A stretch of DNA of 64,000 nt from Desulfatiglandales bacterium. Its GTDB lineage: Bacteria; Desulfobacterota; DSM-4660; Desulfatiglandales; HGW-15. The stretch is taken from NCBI GenBank assembly GCA_963667015.2, contig CAXXJJ010000004.1, forward strand, positions 3,328,001 to 3,392,000, written 5' to 3'. Both the position numbers and the translations under genes were made by a program. A model generated the notes under the pieces. That model saw nothing but the letters and a program-made list of their open reading frames with translations, was not told where the DNA came from and searched no databases. This document shows, piece by piece, positions 50,463-61,194 of the stretch. Within the stretch, counting starts at the first letter, position 1. Each line of letters begins with the position of its first letter.

Positions 50463-53390
50463 ATGAGCGATAAAAAACTGAAGATAACCGCATTTGATAA
50501 GGTATTAAAGAAGGCTTTAATATTTTTCTCAATACTTTTTTTCTTCGGCTGTGGCGGAGGATCTTCTCCAAAAAACTCTGCGCCCGAAGCGGTATTTACG
50601 GTTTCAGCGGACAGCGGCATTGCGCCGCTGACTGTCACCTTCAATGCCTCCGGCTCAAGTGACAGTGACGGGACCATCTCTTCATATACCTGGAGGTTCG
50701 GTGACAGCGGAACAGGAAGCGGTTCTACTGTTCAGCATACATACCTGAGTGCCGGAACCTATACTGCCCGGCTGACTGTTACAGATGATGACGATTTGAC
50801 CGGTACAGCGTCACTCCAAATCGTAGTTTCGGCCGACCCGGCAACTTTAACATACACGATACAGGGGACTGTTACCTCTGCCGAACACGTGGTAGCGGAC
50901 AGCGATGTTAATGATTTTAATGCGTCCTATACCTCCAATGATTCCTTCTCCGAGGCCCAGGTAATTTCCGCCCCGGTTACTGTCAGCGGATTTGTGAACG
51001 TGGACAACACGGGCTCCTATCCGGACAGGTTTGAAGACACCGGGGATTACAATGATTATTATCAGGCCGCCCTTACCAATGGTATGACCATCTCATTAAA
51101 TATGGCGGAACACTCAAGCAACTCGGAATTAAACCTCTATTTGTACGACAGTAACAGGACCCTGGTTACCGGCGGTTCGACCTCGACTGACAGCAATGGT
51201 ATTGCCTCCCTGACGGTTCCCGAAAACGGTACATATTACATACGTGTTGAGGCAGCAGAATATATTCATGTCCGGACATTTACACTGTATGCACTGACCA
51301 TTGGTCTGACAACAACAGCGGCCACACATGATGCATTATGCACAGGAGATGATTTTGTTCCGGGAGAGGTTTTGGTCAGATTTAAAGACGGGACCGGAAG
51401 CGTAACCTCTTTATCTGCAGCCGAACCAGGGGCGGTTTCAGGCCTGGGATTTAAGACTAAAGCGGGAAAGACCGGCCGGGACAAGCTGCTGACACGGCCT
51501 GATAGTATGGATAAAGACTCATTTTATGAAAAACTTGGTATTCGTGCCGCCCTTAAACGAAGCCTTGCACCGGGAAATATGGACATGAAAAACAGGGAAA
51601 AATTGGAAACCCTTTGGATGGTCAGGGCGCTTAGAAAACAGTCCAATGTCCGGTATGCCGAGCCTAATTACATTAGAAAACAGCTGCTTGTACCGAATGA
51701 CGGGTATTATTCCTACCAGTGGCACTATCCTCTCATAAACCTTCCTGATGCATGGGATGTTACAACCGGGAGCAGTAATGTAGTGGTTGCGGTGGTTGAT
51801 ACCGGGGTGCTGCTCGACCACCCGGACCTGCAGGGACAGCTTGTGGATGGATATGATTTTATCTCCGATACCGAAACGTCTCTGGATGGAGACGGTATAG
51901 ACGCCAATCCTGATGACCCGGGAGATCAGGATGATGTTGACGGTAACAGTTCTTTTCACGGCACTCATATAGCGGGTATCATTGCTGCATCCTCAGATAA
52001 CAGGACAGGAGTAGCGGGTATCGCATGGAATACAAAAATAATGCCTCTCAGGGTACTGGGTAAAGGCGGCGGGACCACATATGATATTATGGAGGCAGTG
52101 AAATACGCAGCAGGGCTTGAAAATGATTCCGGGATTGTCTTGAGTGATCCTGTGGAGATTATAAACTTAAGCCTTGGCGGCGAGGGGGCAACTTCTTACG
52201 AAAGGGAAATCTACTCTGAGGTCAGGGACAGGGGCATAATCGTTGTTGCCTCAGCAGGAAATGACGGGTCTGATGTTGCAATATATCCAGCAGCCTATGA
52301 GAATGTTGTTTCGGTAAGTGCCGTCACAATCGATGAGACCCTTGCATCATATTCAAACTTTGGCAGCACTGTAGATATGGCTGCCCCTGGAGGTTCTACC
52401 ACAGATACCAACGGGGACGGTTATATGGATGGTGTGCTGAGCACCTCGGGTGACGACAGCAGCGAAGCAATCGAAATGACATATGCCTTTGCCACGGGAA
52501 CCAGTCTTGCAGCACCGCATGTCTCCGGAGTGGTTGCACTGATGAAATCCCTGTACCCGGGATTGGCCCCTGATGAATTTGACTCATTGCTTGCAGGGGG
52601 ATATCTTACGCAGGATATAGGCGATGAAGGCCGGGATGACAGTTTTGGGTATGGGCTTATCGATGCATATAAGTCTGTGCTGATGGCACAGGAGATAGGC
52701 GGAGGAAACGATGTCCCGGCAATTCTTACAGTAAACCCGGGCATCATTAATTTTGCTGCTTCCATGTCAACAGCCGATATACTGGTCGAAAATAGCGGAG
52801 GAAATACCGGCTCACTGTTAATTATCGGTGTTTCATCGAGCGCTGCCTGGTTATCAGCGAATGCAGCCGGAGATGTGGATGCGCAGGGGCTGGGTACCTA
52901 TACAATAACTGTAGACCGCGATTCGCTTGATGAAGGGACCTATTCCGGAACAATTACATTTGAATCCAATGAAAATGATGTTACAGTTTCTGTTGTCATG
53001 CGTGTGGGAGATCCTTTGGCAACGACAGACGGAGGACATCACTATTTTCTCCTGCTTGATCCCGAAACCTTTGATCCTGTTAAGCAGGATGACAGCCCGG
53101 GAGTAAACGGTGTTTATGGGTTCAGTTTCTCGGGCCTCTTTTATGACAAAACCTATGTTGTTTACGCCGGTACGGATTTAAACAATGACGGATATATATG
53201 TGATGATGGAGAGGCATGCGGGGCGTATCTCTCACTGGACAGCCCAATGGAGATGACGGTGCTGGAAGATGTAACCGGAATTAATTTTACAACGGATATA
53301 AACATCAGCCTGCCAAATACATCCTCAAGCCTTTTCGCCAAGGATGGAGCTCCTGTCAGGCTGAAGGTTTTAAAAGAGGTTGAAAGATAA
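50463..53390 (+). CDS. Lipoprotein S8 (subtilisin-family) serine peptidase with PKD, PPC-like and C-terminal Ig-like domains
   Basis: Lipobox FFFGC; PKD motif (APLTVTFNASGSSDSDG..YTWRFGD...HTY..GTYT); catalytic triad VVDTG, HGTHIAG and GTSLAAPHVSG. Confidence 0.93.
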   Translation: MSDKKLKITAFDKVLKKALIFFSILFFFGCGGGSSPKNSAPEAVFTVSADSGIAPLTVTFNASGSSDSDGTISSYTWRFGDSGTGSGSTVQHTYLSAGTYTARLTVTDDDDLTGTASLQIVVSADPATLTYTIQGTVTSAEHVVADSDVNDFNASYTSNDSFSEAQVISAPVTVSGFVNVDNTGSYPDRFEDTGDYNDYYQAALTNGMTISLNMAEHSSNSELNLYLYDSNRTLVTGGSTSTDSNGIASLTVPENGTYYIRVEAAEYIHVRTFTLYALTIGLTTTAATHDALCTGDDFVPGEVLVRFKDGTGSVTSLSAAEPGAVSGLGFKTKAGKTGRDKLLTRPDSMDKDSFYEKLGIRAALKRSLAPGNMDMKNREKLETLWMVRALRKQSNVRYAEPNYIRKQLLVPNDGYYSYQWHYPLINLPDAWDVTTGSSNVVVAVVDTGVLLDHPDLQGQLVDGYDFISDTETSLDGDGIDANPDDPGDQDDVDGNSSFHGTHIAGIIAASSDNRTGVAGIAWNTKIMPLRVLGKGGGTTYDIMEAVKYAAGLENDSGIVLSDPVEIINLSLGGEGATSYEREIYSEVRDRGIIVVASAGNDGSDVAIYPAAYENVVSVSAVTIDETLASYSNFGSTVDMAAPGGSTTDTNGDGYMDGVLSTSGDDSSEAIEMTYAFATGTSLAAPHVSGVVALMKSLYPGLAPDEFDSLLAGGYLTQDIGDEGRDDSFGYGLIDAYKSVLMAQEIGGGNDVPAILTVNPGIINFAASMSTADILVENSGGNTGSLLIIGVSSSAAWLSANAAGDVDAQGLGTYTITVDRDSLDEGTYSGTITFESNENDVTVSVVMRVGDPLATTDGGHHYFLLLDPETFDPVKQDDSPGVNGVYGFSFSGLFYDKTYVVYAGTDLNNDGYICDDGEACGAYLSLDSPMEMTVLEDVTGINFTTDINISLPNTSSSLFAKDGAPVRLKVLKEVER

Positions 53391-53592
53391 TTATTCCTGT
53401 TATGAAAAGTATATATAATCCTCTTGAATTTTTTTGCTGACATTGAAATAAATTTAGACAATCATTATATGTAATAATAGTGTTTTGAGTCAGCTATCCT
53501 GCTGCACAACCCGGAAATCCTGAGACCAGAGAAAATTTGAAAAAATTAAACAGGTAGCAGGCGTTTAAAATATCACTAATACAGGAGCTTTC

Positions 53593-54519
53593 ATGAAAGT
53601 CATTCACAGTATATTTAAATCATCATTTTATGTTCTGTTTTTCATGGTGCTTACTGCATCGTGCACACACCTTGAATCTCAATCGCTAAAGACTGATATT
53701 TTTGCTACCGGAAGAATTACCGACCGCGACCTCGGTGAGGTAAGTGGAATCGCTGCTTCCCGCATTAATAAGGATATCTTATGGGTAATTAATGACAGTG
53801 GAAACAGCGCCTCTGTTTATGCGCTCAATTCAGCTGGAAGGCTTGTCGGAACTCTGGATATCCAGGGTGTTTCAAACAATGACTGGGAAGATATCGCATC
53901 CTTTGAATATGAAGGAAAATCATATATCCTTGTTGCAGATGTGGGTGACAATTATGCGAGACGCAGCAAGTGTTTTTTACATCTTATTGAAGAGCCGGAT
54001 ATGGGTATAATAGCAGGCGGTTCTCCCTTATCCATAAAACCCTCATGGAGTATTACCTATACATATGAGGATGGGCCCAGGGATTGTGAATCTGTTGCAG
54101 TTGATACCATGGCCGGAAAAATATTGCTGTTGAGTAAAAGAGATATGCCTCCGGTTCTATATGAACTGCCTTTGGCAGCGGATAAAAATGCAGTTGCTAA
54201 AAGGTTGACAGAAATTAAGCCTCTGCAGCAAAGAACAGATGAGATAATGGATTTTTCTGTCAGCTCAAACATGACCACGGCAATGGATATTTCGGCTGAT
54301 GGTTTATCTGCGGTTGTTTTGACCTATGGCAATGCCTTTTATTATGAGAAAAAACCATCAGAAAAATGGTCTGATGTTTTTACAGGGGCGCCAATGGAAA
54401 TAGCAGTACCGCGAATGAAGCAGGCAGAATCCATATGCTTCAGCAAGGATGGCTCAGGCATATATATAACATCCGAACAAATTCCTGCGCCTTTATATAA
54501 AATGGATTTTAAAAGATAA
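53593..54519 (+). CDS. Putative lipoprotein, beta-propeller hydrolase-like (EVSG...NDSG...DWEDIA...DVGDN family)
   Basis: Lipobox LTASC, AGGAG RBS, and repeated propeller-blade motifs (DCES, AMDIS, QAESICF). Function not assignable. Confidence 0.75.
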   Translation: MKVIHSIFKSSFYVLFFMVLTASCTHLESQSLKTDIFATGRITDRDLGEVSGIAASRINKDILWVINDSGNSASVYALNSAGRLVGTLDIQGVSNNDWEDIASFEYEGKSYILVADVGDNYARRSKCFLHLIEEPDMGIIAGGSPLSIKPSWSITYTYEDGPRDCESVAVDTMAGKILLLSKRDMPPVLYELPLAADKNAVAKRLTEIKPLQQRTDEIMDFSVSSNMTTAMDISADGLSAVVLTYGNAFYYEKKPSEKWSDVFTGAPMEIAVPRMKQAESICFSKDGSGIYITSEQIPAPLYKMDFKR

Positions 54520-54542
54520 TCGGATTGTATGATGGGTATTTA

Positions 54543-54568
54543 CAGGGGCGAAAAATCTTTCGCCCCTG
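54543..54568. terminator. Hairpin between convergent genes (likely bidirectional terminator, REP-like)
   Basis: CAGGGGCGAAA-AATC-TTTCGCCCCTG, a perfect 11-bp stem. Confidence 0.7.
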
Positions 54569-54598
54569 CATTCAAAAAGGATCTTTTACTTTTTACTC

Positions 54599-55861
54599 TT
54601 AAACCGAGTCACTTAAAAAATTCTTTGCAGTAACCGCTTCGCTGTTTTTTTCTATAACCTTCCTGCTCCTGTTATTCATTGTGTATGCTATTGCGGCAAA
54701 AACAAGTCCTGCCATACACATGATCATTGCAATAATAAATGCCTCCCTGTAGCTCCCGTTATTGGCCTCTTTAATTACTGCAGCAATCCTCGGGCCTATA
54801 ACCCCGCCTATTGCAAAGGCGATAAACATTATCCCGTAGTTGATACCAAGATTCTTTGTCCCGAATGCATCGGCAGTAATGGGCGCAATAAGGGAGATAT
54901 ATCCGCCATAGCAAAGTTCAATCACAATTATTGCAGCAAGAAATACCGGTATTATGCTGGATGTTATAAGCGCCAGAAATGACAGGATAGAAAGTATGAA
55001 CAGGAACACCAGCAGGGAGTATCTTCCCAGCTTATCCGAAACCCCTCCCCAGAAAAGCCTTCCGAATGCATTTGAGGCGGCAAGGATGCCGACAATAAAG
55101 GCGGCTTTCTGGGCCGGAAGATCCATCATGGACTGTACAATGGGTGAGGCATGTCCGAGGATCATAAGCCCTGAGGTGGCACCGATTGTAAGCGCCAGAA
55201 ATGCAACATAAAAGATCGGAGTCCTTAACATCTCCTGCCATACCAGATTTGTGCCCTTTTCCTCTATGGAAAGGCTTTTTTCTCTTTCCATGATCTCTTC
55301 ATCGGGAAACTCGCTGATAAATCTTGAGCTTATTGCTATCAGGATAAACAGTGCAATTCCGAGATATTTAAAGGCAGGCAGAATTCCATAATCAGAGATG
55401 AGCCAGGCCCCTACCGGGGCAAGAACGATTGCACCGGAGCCATAGCTTGCAACCATCACTCCGGAAATGAGACCTCTCTTTTCGGGATAAATTTTAACCA
55501 TATAGGAAATAGCAAGGGGATAAACCATGGAGGTTCCAAGACCTACCCCCAGGCCGAAGGTTAAGTACAACTGAGGGATTGAACTGACGGTTCCTGTAAA
55601 ATAAAGCCCGAGGCCGTATATAAATGCGCCGATAAGTACTATTGTTCTAGTCTTTAGATATTGTTGAAGTTTCCCAACAAGAGGGGCAATTGCGCCTACA
55701 AAAATGAACAGGGTAAATGCCACGGACACTGATGATGTTGTCCAGCCGAATTTGTCAACCAGGGGATTCTGAAATACGCTCCAGGCGTAGCCTATGCCAA
55801 TACAGATCTCAGTTATAATTCCTGCGATCAGGGTTATCCTTCTTTTATAAATCTGCTCCAT
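54599..55861 (-). CDS. MFS transporter, oxalate/formate antiporter (OFA) family
   Basis: GIGYAWSVFQNPL, YPEKRGLISG, GRLFWGGVSDKLGR and FGTKNLGINYG motifs with about 12 hydrophobic segments. ATG 55861 has an AAGGA RBS and is preferred over 55915. Confidence 0.9.
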   Translation of the reverse strand: MEQIYKRRITLIAGIITEICIGIGYAWSVFQNPLVDKFGWTTSSVSVAFTLFIFVGAIAPLVGKLQQYLKTRTIVLIGAFIYGLGLYFTGTVSSIPQLYLTFGLGVGLGTSMVYPLAISYMVKIYPEKRGLISGVMVASYGSGAIVLAPVGAWLISDYGILPAFKYLGIALFILIAISSRFISEFPDEEIMEREKSLSIEEKGTNLVWQEMLRTPIFYVAFLALTIGATSGLMILGHASPIVQSMMDLPAQKAAFIVGILAASNAFGRLFWGGVSDKLGRYSLLVFLFILSILSFLALITSSIIPVFLAAIIVIELCYGGYISLIAPITADAFGTKNLGINYGIMFIAFAIGGVIGPRIAAVIKEANNGSYREAFIIAMIMCMAGLVFAAIAYTMNNRSRKVIEKNSEAVTAKNFLSDSV

Positions 55862-56004
55862 TTTTAAAAAATCCTTTTTGTCTGAAAGAGCCGGTTTTAA
55901 AACACAGTACTTCATAGACAGAAAGGATATACTTATGGATAAGCATGTTCTTTCCGGATAAGCCTTGCCACAGAATAATTTTAGTTAACACTAATAATTG
56001 TAAC

Positions 56005-56032
56005 CCATTAAAATCTGAAAGTATTTTAATGG
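56005..56032. promoter_or_regulatory. Inverted repeat in the divergent OFA/kinase intergenic region (candidate operator)
   Basis: CCATTAAAAT-N8-ATTTTAATGG, perfect 10-bp arms. Confidence 0.35.
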
Positions 56033-56461
56033 TAATATATATATTCCCATCGGGAATGTAATTTTCTTCAGCAAACGTCTATGTTTTAAAACGACTACCA
56101 GTATTTTTTATATTAGTCTCAGCGTTATATTTTCCGCTGGATTAGAAATTACTTCTGCAATTTCTCTATTAAGTCGATATAAGACCTCATGGCTGGGTAT
56201 GAAACGCGCATATTCAAGAGAAGTTGATGTGATAAATCTAAAGGATGGGTAAAACCTTAAAAAATCTCATCTTCAAACTCAAACTGTAATACGCGGCTCC
56301 TGAAATTCCAAGCCTGCTGGTCATTAAATCATATAAATTAAACCAGAGACAGGAGCCCAAAATCCTGCTTAATTCAAAATACATGGGCATATTAGCAGGA
56401 AGAGTTCGCCTAGTCAAACTATAAATATTCTTGTCTGTAGATTCTTTTTACTTTTCATGAA

Positions 56462-56490
56462 TTGACACTATTCATTCAAAATTTTATAAT
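56462..56490 (+). promoter_or_regulatory. Consensus sigma-70 promoter for the two-component cluster
   Basis: TTGACA (56462-56467), 17-nt spacer, TATAAT (56485-56490), about 160 bp upstream of ATG 56649. Confidence 0.8.
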
Positions 56491-56648
56491 TTCTTTCCTA
56501 TTGTTCTTAAACTGGTTTTAATAATATTATCAATTAAGTTTTAACTCTTAAATAATTCAGGCCTAAATAATTTTTCAATTTCCTTTTGAGGCTTCATTAT
56601 GCTTGTCAGATGTGAGTTTTATTAAAGGTCCATTGAGTAAACAAAACG

Positions 56649-59090
56649 ATGAGAATATTGCACATCATTTTTAAAGACCGAAGCCTCTCGTACAAACTTG
56701 TAATTCCTTCTGTTCTTCCGGTTATATTTGTAATTGTTATTGTCACAGTAATGCTTACAGGTTCCTTTGAAAACGCCATTTTAAAAGGTGCTGAGAACAG
56801 GGCAGATGCGCTGAGTGATCTGACCAGGATTTCAATGTCCCACAGTTTTGTTGTCTATAACAAGGAACTGCTGGATAATTTTGTGGATGGCCTGGGAAAG
56901 ATTGATAACGTAAAGTTTGCCATGGTTGTTGATAATGCTGACAGCAGGATACTTGCCCACAGTAACCATGAAATGGACGGAAGAATGTTATCGGAGCTGC
57001 CGAAGGAGATGCAGAATATACCGGACCTGTCAGATATCAATTCTTCAACAGTATCCTCCCGGATTGACGAGAACTATTTTATAAAATCCGCACCTGTTAT
57101 AATTGACGGAAAGCAATATGCTACTATCCATATAGGCTTTACCCTTGCTGAAGTTATCAGGAAAATGGCTTCTTTAAAACGAAATATAATGCTTGTCAGC
57201 CTTATAGCCGTTGTTGCAGGTATAGCATTTGCCCTTTTAGCTGCCAAAAAAATAGGCACACCTATGAATAATCTTGCGTTACAGGCGGAACTTGCCGGAA
57301 AAGGTGATTTCAATCATAAACTGGTCTATGAAAACAGAGATACCATAGGGCGCATGGCCGATGCATTCAACCAGATGCTGGACAGGATAAAAATAAAGCA
57401 AAGTCAATTGACTGCAATAAACAGGATTGCAGACATTATCTACAATTCCCTTGACAGAAATACGGTTGCAAAAAATGCTGTCCATGCAATGATGAATTAC
57501 AGTCAATCTCCTGCAGTTGCTTTTTTTCTGCTCAACAATGAAAAACAGAGACTTGACCTTCTTTACGCAGAGGGATTTGACGGGGAAACATTAAAAAAAG
57601 CCTCAATACTCCCCCTTGAAGGTTCTCTGACTGGCAGGGCGGTAAAAACAAAAGAAGTGATATCAACAACAGACCTTTCTAGAGATAACCGGCTCTCTTC
57701 TGATGTCAGGGATGCGCTGGTGCAGGAAAAGATGCACACGGTATATTCGGTTCCAATTCTGGCAAGGGATGAGGTGCTTGGGGCCATGAACCTTATTCAT
57801 AAAACCATGCACACGATCGATGAACTTGAAAAGGAAACGCTCATGTCAATCGGCAAGACAATAGGTCTTGCAATGGCAAACGCCATACAGGTAACCCGGG
57901 TCCAGCATGAGATAGAAGAACGCAGGGAGGTGGAAAAGGCCTTAAGAGAAAGTGAGACAAAGTATCGTAACCTGGTTGAGAAGGCCAATGACGGCATAGT
58001 GATACTTCAGGATGGTCTAATCATGTATGCAAATCCAAGCGCAGTGAGATTATCAGGTCAGGAAGAAAAAGATTTCATTGGTCAGCCTTTTTCAGCATAC
58101 CTTCATCCTGATGAAAGATCAAAGATTGAAGAACTTTACAGACGCAGATTGTCAGGTGAAGAATCTGACAACATCTATGAAACAATATTTCTGCGCAGTG
58201 ATGGCCAGGGCATATATGCAGAGGTAAATGCCAGCCTGACGACCTATCTTGATAAGCCGGCAGACCAGGTTATTATAAGAGACATCTCCGAGCGGAAGCG
58301 CGCTCAGGAAGCGCTGAAACGGGCCTATGACCAGCTTGAGCTGAAGGTCGCCGAGCGTACCGCCGAGCTGGCTATAGCAAAGGAGCATGCAGAGGAATCA
58401 GACAGATTAAAATCGGCCTTTCTTGCGTCCATGTCACATGAATTGAGGACACCTCTGAATTCCATAATCGGGTTTACAGGTATTATTCTGCAGGAACTGG
58501 TCGGGCCGCTGAATGATGAGCAGTCAAAACAGCTGAAAATGGTTCAGGACAGCGCTCATCATCTGTTGAGCCTTATCAATGATGTCCTTGATCTTTCAAA
58601 GATAGAGGCGGGTCAGCTTAATGTTGAATCCGAAGAATTTGATCTGAGTGAAGTAATCAGGAATGTTGTCAAGAAAGTTTCGCCAATGGCCGATAAAAAA
58701 GGGATCAGTATAGAAACAGAGGTTTCGTCCGTGGTTTCTGTTATAAAGAGTGACAGGCGCAGGGTGGAGCAGGTCCTGTTAAATCTTGTTAATAACGCTA
58801 TAAAATTTACCGAGAGAGGAAGCGTTAAAATATACTGTGAGCCAGCAGGTAAATATATAACAACTTCAATTAAGGATACCGGCATCGGTATAGCGCCGGA
58901 AGATATGGATAAATTATTCAGGGCATTCCAACAGATTGAGACCGGCCTGTCACGCCGTTTTGAGGGAACAGGGCTGGGACTGTCCATTTGTAAAAAACTG
59001 GTAGGGCTGCTGGGTGGAGAGATAGAGGCATACAGCGAAGGCCCGGGAGTGGGCTCGACTTTTACATTCAGGCTTCCTGCAGGAGAATAA
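56649..59090 (+). CDS. Membrane sensor histidine kinase (2 TM, HAMP, GAF, PAS, HisKA, HATPase)
   Basis: FLASMSHELRTPLNSI H-box; QVLLNLVNNAIKFT, DTGIGI and GTGLGL boxes; HAMP DTIGRMADAFNQM; PAS HPDE...RDISERK. Confidence 0.95.
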   Translation: MRILHIIFKDRSLSYKLVIPSVLPVIFVIVIVTVMLTGSFENAILKGAENRADALSDLTRISMSHSFVVYNKELLDNFVDGLGKIDNVKFAMVVDNADSRILAHSNHEMDGRMLSELPKEMQNIPDLSDINSSTVSSRIDENYFIKSAPVIIDGKQYATIHIGFTLAEVIRKMASLKRNIMLVSLIAVVAGIAFALLAAKKIGTPMNNLALQAELAGKGDFNHKLVYENRDTIGRMADAFNQMLDRIKIKQSQLTAINRIADIIYNSLDRNTVAKNAVHAMMNYSQSPAVAFFLLNNEKQRLDLLYAEGFDGETLKKASILPLEGSLTGRAVKTKEVISTTDLSRDNRLSSDVRDALVQEKMHTVYSVPILARDEVLGAMNLIHKTMHTIDELEKETLMSIGKTIGLAMANAIQVTRVQHEIEERREVEKALRESETKYRNLVEKANDGIVILQDGLIMYANPSAVRLSGQEEKDFIGQPFSAYLHPDERSKIEELYRRRLSGEESDNIYETIFLRSDGQGIYAEVNASLTTYLDKPADQVIIRDISERKRAQEALKRAYDQLELKVAERTAELAIAKEHAEESDRLKSAFLASMSHELRTPLNSIIGFTGIILQELVGPLNDEQSKQLKMVQDSAHHLLSLINDVLDLSKIEAGQLNVESEEFDLSEVIRNVVKKVSPMADKKGISIETEVSSVVSVIKSDRRRVEQVLLNLVNNAIKFTERGSVKIYCEPAGKYITTSIKDTGIGIAPEDMDKLFRAFQQIETGLSRRFEGTGLGLSICKKLVGLLGGEIEAYSEGPGVGSTFTFRLPAGE

Positions 59091-59094
59091 TATC

Positions 59095-59457
59095 ATGGAA
59101 AAAATCGTGCTGATCATAGAAGACAACGAACAGAATCTTTATCTTATGAATTTTATTCTGGAAAAAAACGGCTTTAAGGTCTTAAAGGCCATGGACGGTC
59201 AGGAAGGTGTTGCTGTTGCCTGCCGTGAAAAACCTGATCTTATATTGCTCGACATTCAGCTACCAGGTATGGATGGTTATGAGGTTGCACGAAGGTTAAG
59301 TCAGGCTGAAGAGGTAAAGGACGTTCCGATTATTGCCGTCACCTCATATGCCATGGTTGGTGACCGGGAAAAGGCACTTGAGGCCGGATGCACCGGATAT
59401 ATTGAAAAACCCATTAACCCTGCAACGTTTGTTGATGAAATAAAAAAATTCTTATAG
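59095..59457 (+). CDS. Single-domain response regulator (DivK/CheY-like)
   Basis: LIIEDNE, DLILLDIQLPGMDG, AVTSYAM and YIEKP. Confidence 0.95.
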   Translation: MEKIVLIIEDNEQNLYLMNFILEKNGFKVLKAMDGQEGVAVACREKPDLILLDIQLPGMDGYEVARRLSQAEEVKDVPIIAVTSYAMVGDREKALEAGCTGYIEKPINPATFVDEIKKFL

Positions 59458-59491
59458 TATTTGTTATTCATATATATTCAAGGAATCCTTT

Positions 59492-61189
59492 ATGAAAAAA
59501 ATTCTTATCGTTGACGACAACAAACAGAACATTTATATGGCCGATGTACTTTTTTCAAATAACGGGTACAATGTTGAAACTGCAGCAAACGGAAAAGAGG
59601 CACTGGAAAAGGCCAAGGAAAATTCTCCTGACATCATCCTTGCAGATATTCTGATGCCGGTAATGGATGGATTTGCCCTTTGCCGCGAATGGCAGTCAAT
59701 TGAAACCCTTCGGAAAATTCCATTTGTTTTTTATACGGCAACATATACTGATCCTGAAGATGAAAAATTTGCACTGAGCCTTGGGGCTCATTCATTTTTA
59801 GTCAAGCCGCTTGCCACAGATGAACTGTTAAAAACCATTGGAAATATTGTAAAGGAAGCCGAGACAAAAGAATCCGATCAGGTTTTGGATCAAACGCCTG
59901 AAGAAGAGGTTTACCTCAAGCAGTATAATCAAGCCCTTATTCACAAACTTGAAGATAAGCTCATGCAGCTTGAAGACACAAACCGGAAACTTGAAGGAGA
60001 AATCAAGGGCCGTAAGTATGCAGAACAAAAACTTAACGCCTTTGAAAAAAAGATGGTGCAGCTGCAGAAAATGGAAGCACTTGGTACACTGTCCGGAGGC
60101 ATTGCCCATGACTTTAATAATATTCTCATGGCAATAATGGCTCATACCGAACTGGCACTCATGGACTGTCGCGAAGGCGTATCCAGGGAAGTGAATCTGG
60201 AACAGATTCTTACGGCCTGTAACAGGGCCAAGGAGCTTATCAAGCAGATTCTCACCTTCAGCCGGCAGGCAGACATGGATAAAAAACCTCTTAAGGCATC
60301 TCTTATTGTGCAGGAAGTTGTAAAACTTTTAAGTTCATCTTTACCAGCAGGAATCGAAATAAAGCAGCGGCTTGAAAGTGATTCACTTATAATAGCCAAT
60401 CCTACACAGATTTATCAGGTTTTAATAAACCTCTGTACAAACGCCAGTCATGCAATTGGTCCCAGGGACGGGATTATAGAAATCAGGTTATCAGATATTG
60501 ATATCGAAAAACCGGGAGATGCAATATTCTGGAACCTTACACCGGGAAGATATCAGAAACTTGAAGTTATTGACAATGGCACAGGAATAAAGCCTGATAA
60601 ATTACAGGAGATATTTAACCCCTATTTTACTACCAGACAGGAGGGGGAAGGGACCGGTCTGGGACTTTCTGTAGTCCAGAATATTGTGAAAAATACCGGG
60701 GGCAAAATTTCAGTAAAAAGTGAATATGGCAAGGGCACAGTATTCAGTGTCTTTTTCCCGATTTTTGAAGGAAACCCGGAAGATGTTATGCCCCGGTCAG
60801 TTATCCCGGAAGGCGGCAGTGAACATATCCTGCTTGTTGATGATGATGCGACTCACCTTGAGATCGGGGTTGAGCAGCTTAAAAAACTTGGCTACAGGGT
60901 AACTGCTGTCAGGGACAGTCAGGTCGCATTAAAGATTTACAATGAAAGATCGATGGACTTTGACCTTGTCATAAGTGACATTGAAATGCCTGGTTTTTCA
61001 GGTATTGAGTTAGCCGGTGAGTTTAACAAAATACGTGATGATATCCCGATAATTCTGTGTACAGGTTTCAGTGATATTACATCCGAAAAAAAGGTCGAAG
61101 AACTTGGGATTAAGGCCTTTCTGATGAAACCCTTTGTCCTTGATGCACTGTCGCAAACAATAAGGATGGCACTGGATAATAAAAAATAA
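59492..61189 (+). CDS. Cytoplasmic hybrid kinase (REC-HisKA-HATPase-REC)
   Basis: N-terminal REC (ILADILMP), GGIAHDFNNIL H-box, NLCTNA, GTGLGL and C-terminal REC (VISDIEMP...KP). Confidence 0.95.
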   Translation: MKKILIVDDNKQNIYMADVLFSNNGYNVETAANGKEALEKAKENSPDIILADILMPVMDGFALCREWQSIETLRKIPFVFYTATYTDPEDEKFALSLGAHSFLVKPLATDELLKTIGNIVKEAETKESDQVLDQTPEEEVYLKQYNQALIHKLEDKLMQLEDTNRKLEGEIKGRKYAEQKLNAFEKKMVQLQKMEALGTLSGGIAHDFNNILMAIMAHTELALMDCREGVSREVNLEQILTACNRAKELIKQILTFSRQADMDKKPLKASLIVQEVVKLLSSSLPAGIEIKQRLESDSLIIANPTQIYQVLINLCTNASHAIGPRDGIIEIRLSDIDIEKPGDAIFWNLTPGRYQKLEVIDNGTGIKPDKLQEIFNPYFTTRQEGEGTGLGLSVVQNIVKNTGGKISVKSEYGKGTVFSVFFPIFEGNPEDVMPRSVIPEGGSEHILLVDDDATHLEIGVEQLKKLGYRVTAVRDSQVALKIYNERSMDFDLVISDIEMPGFSGIELAGEFNKIRDDIPIILCTGFSDITSEKKVEELGIKAFLMKPFVLDALSQTIRMALDNKK

Positions 61190-61194
61190 AGATT

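Noticed and set aside
50129..50677. Minus-strand ORFs of 63, 130 and 78 aa
   Set aside because: They overlap the S8 gene start and its AT-rich promoter region and show no protein-like motifs.
56050..56420. Possible hidden gene or ncRNA in the long OFA/kinase intergenic region
   Set aside because: No ORF of 60 aa or more in the track, and no recognisable RNA motif or convincing structure.
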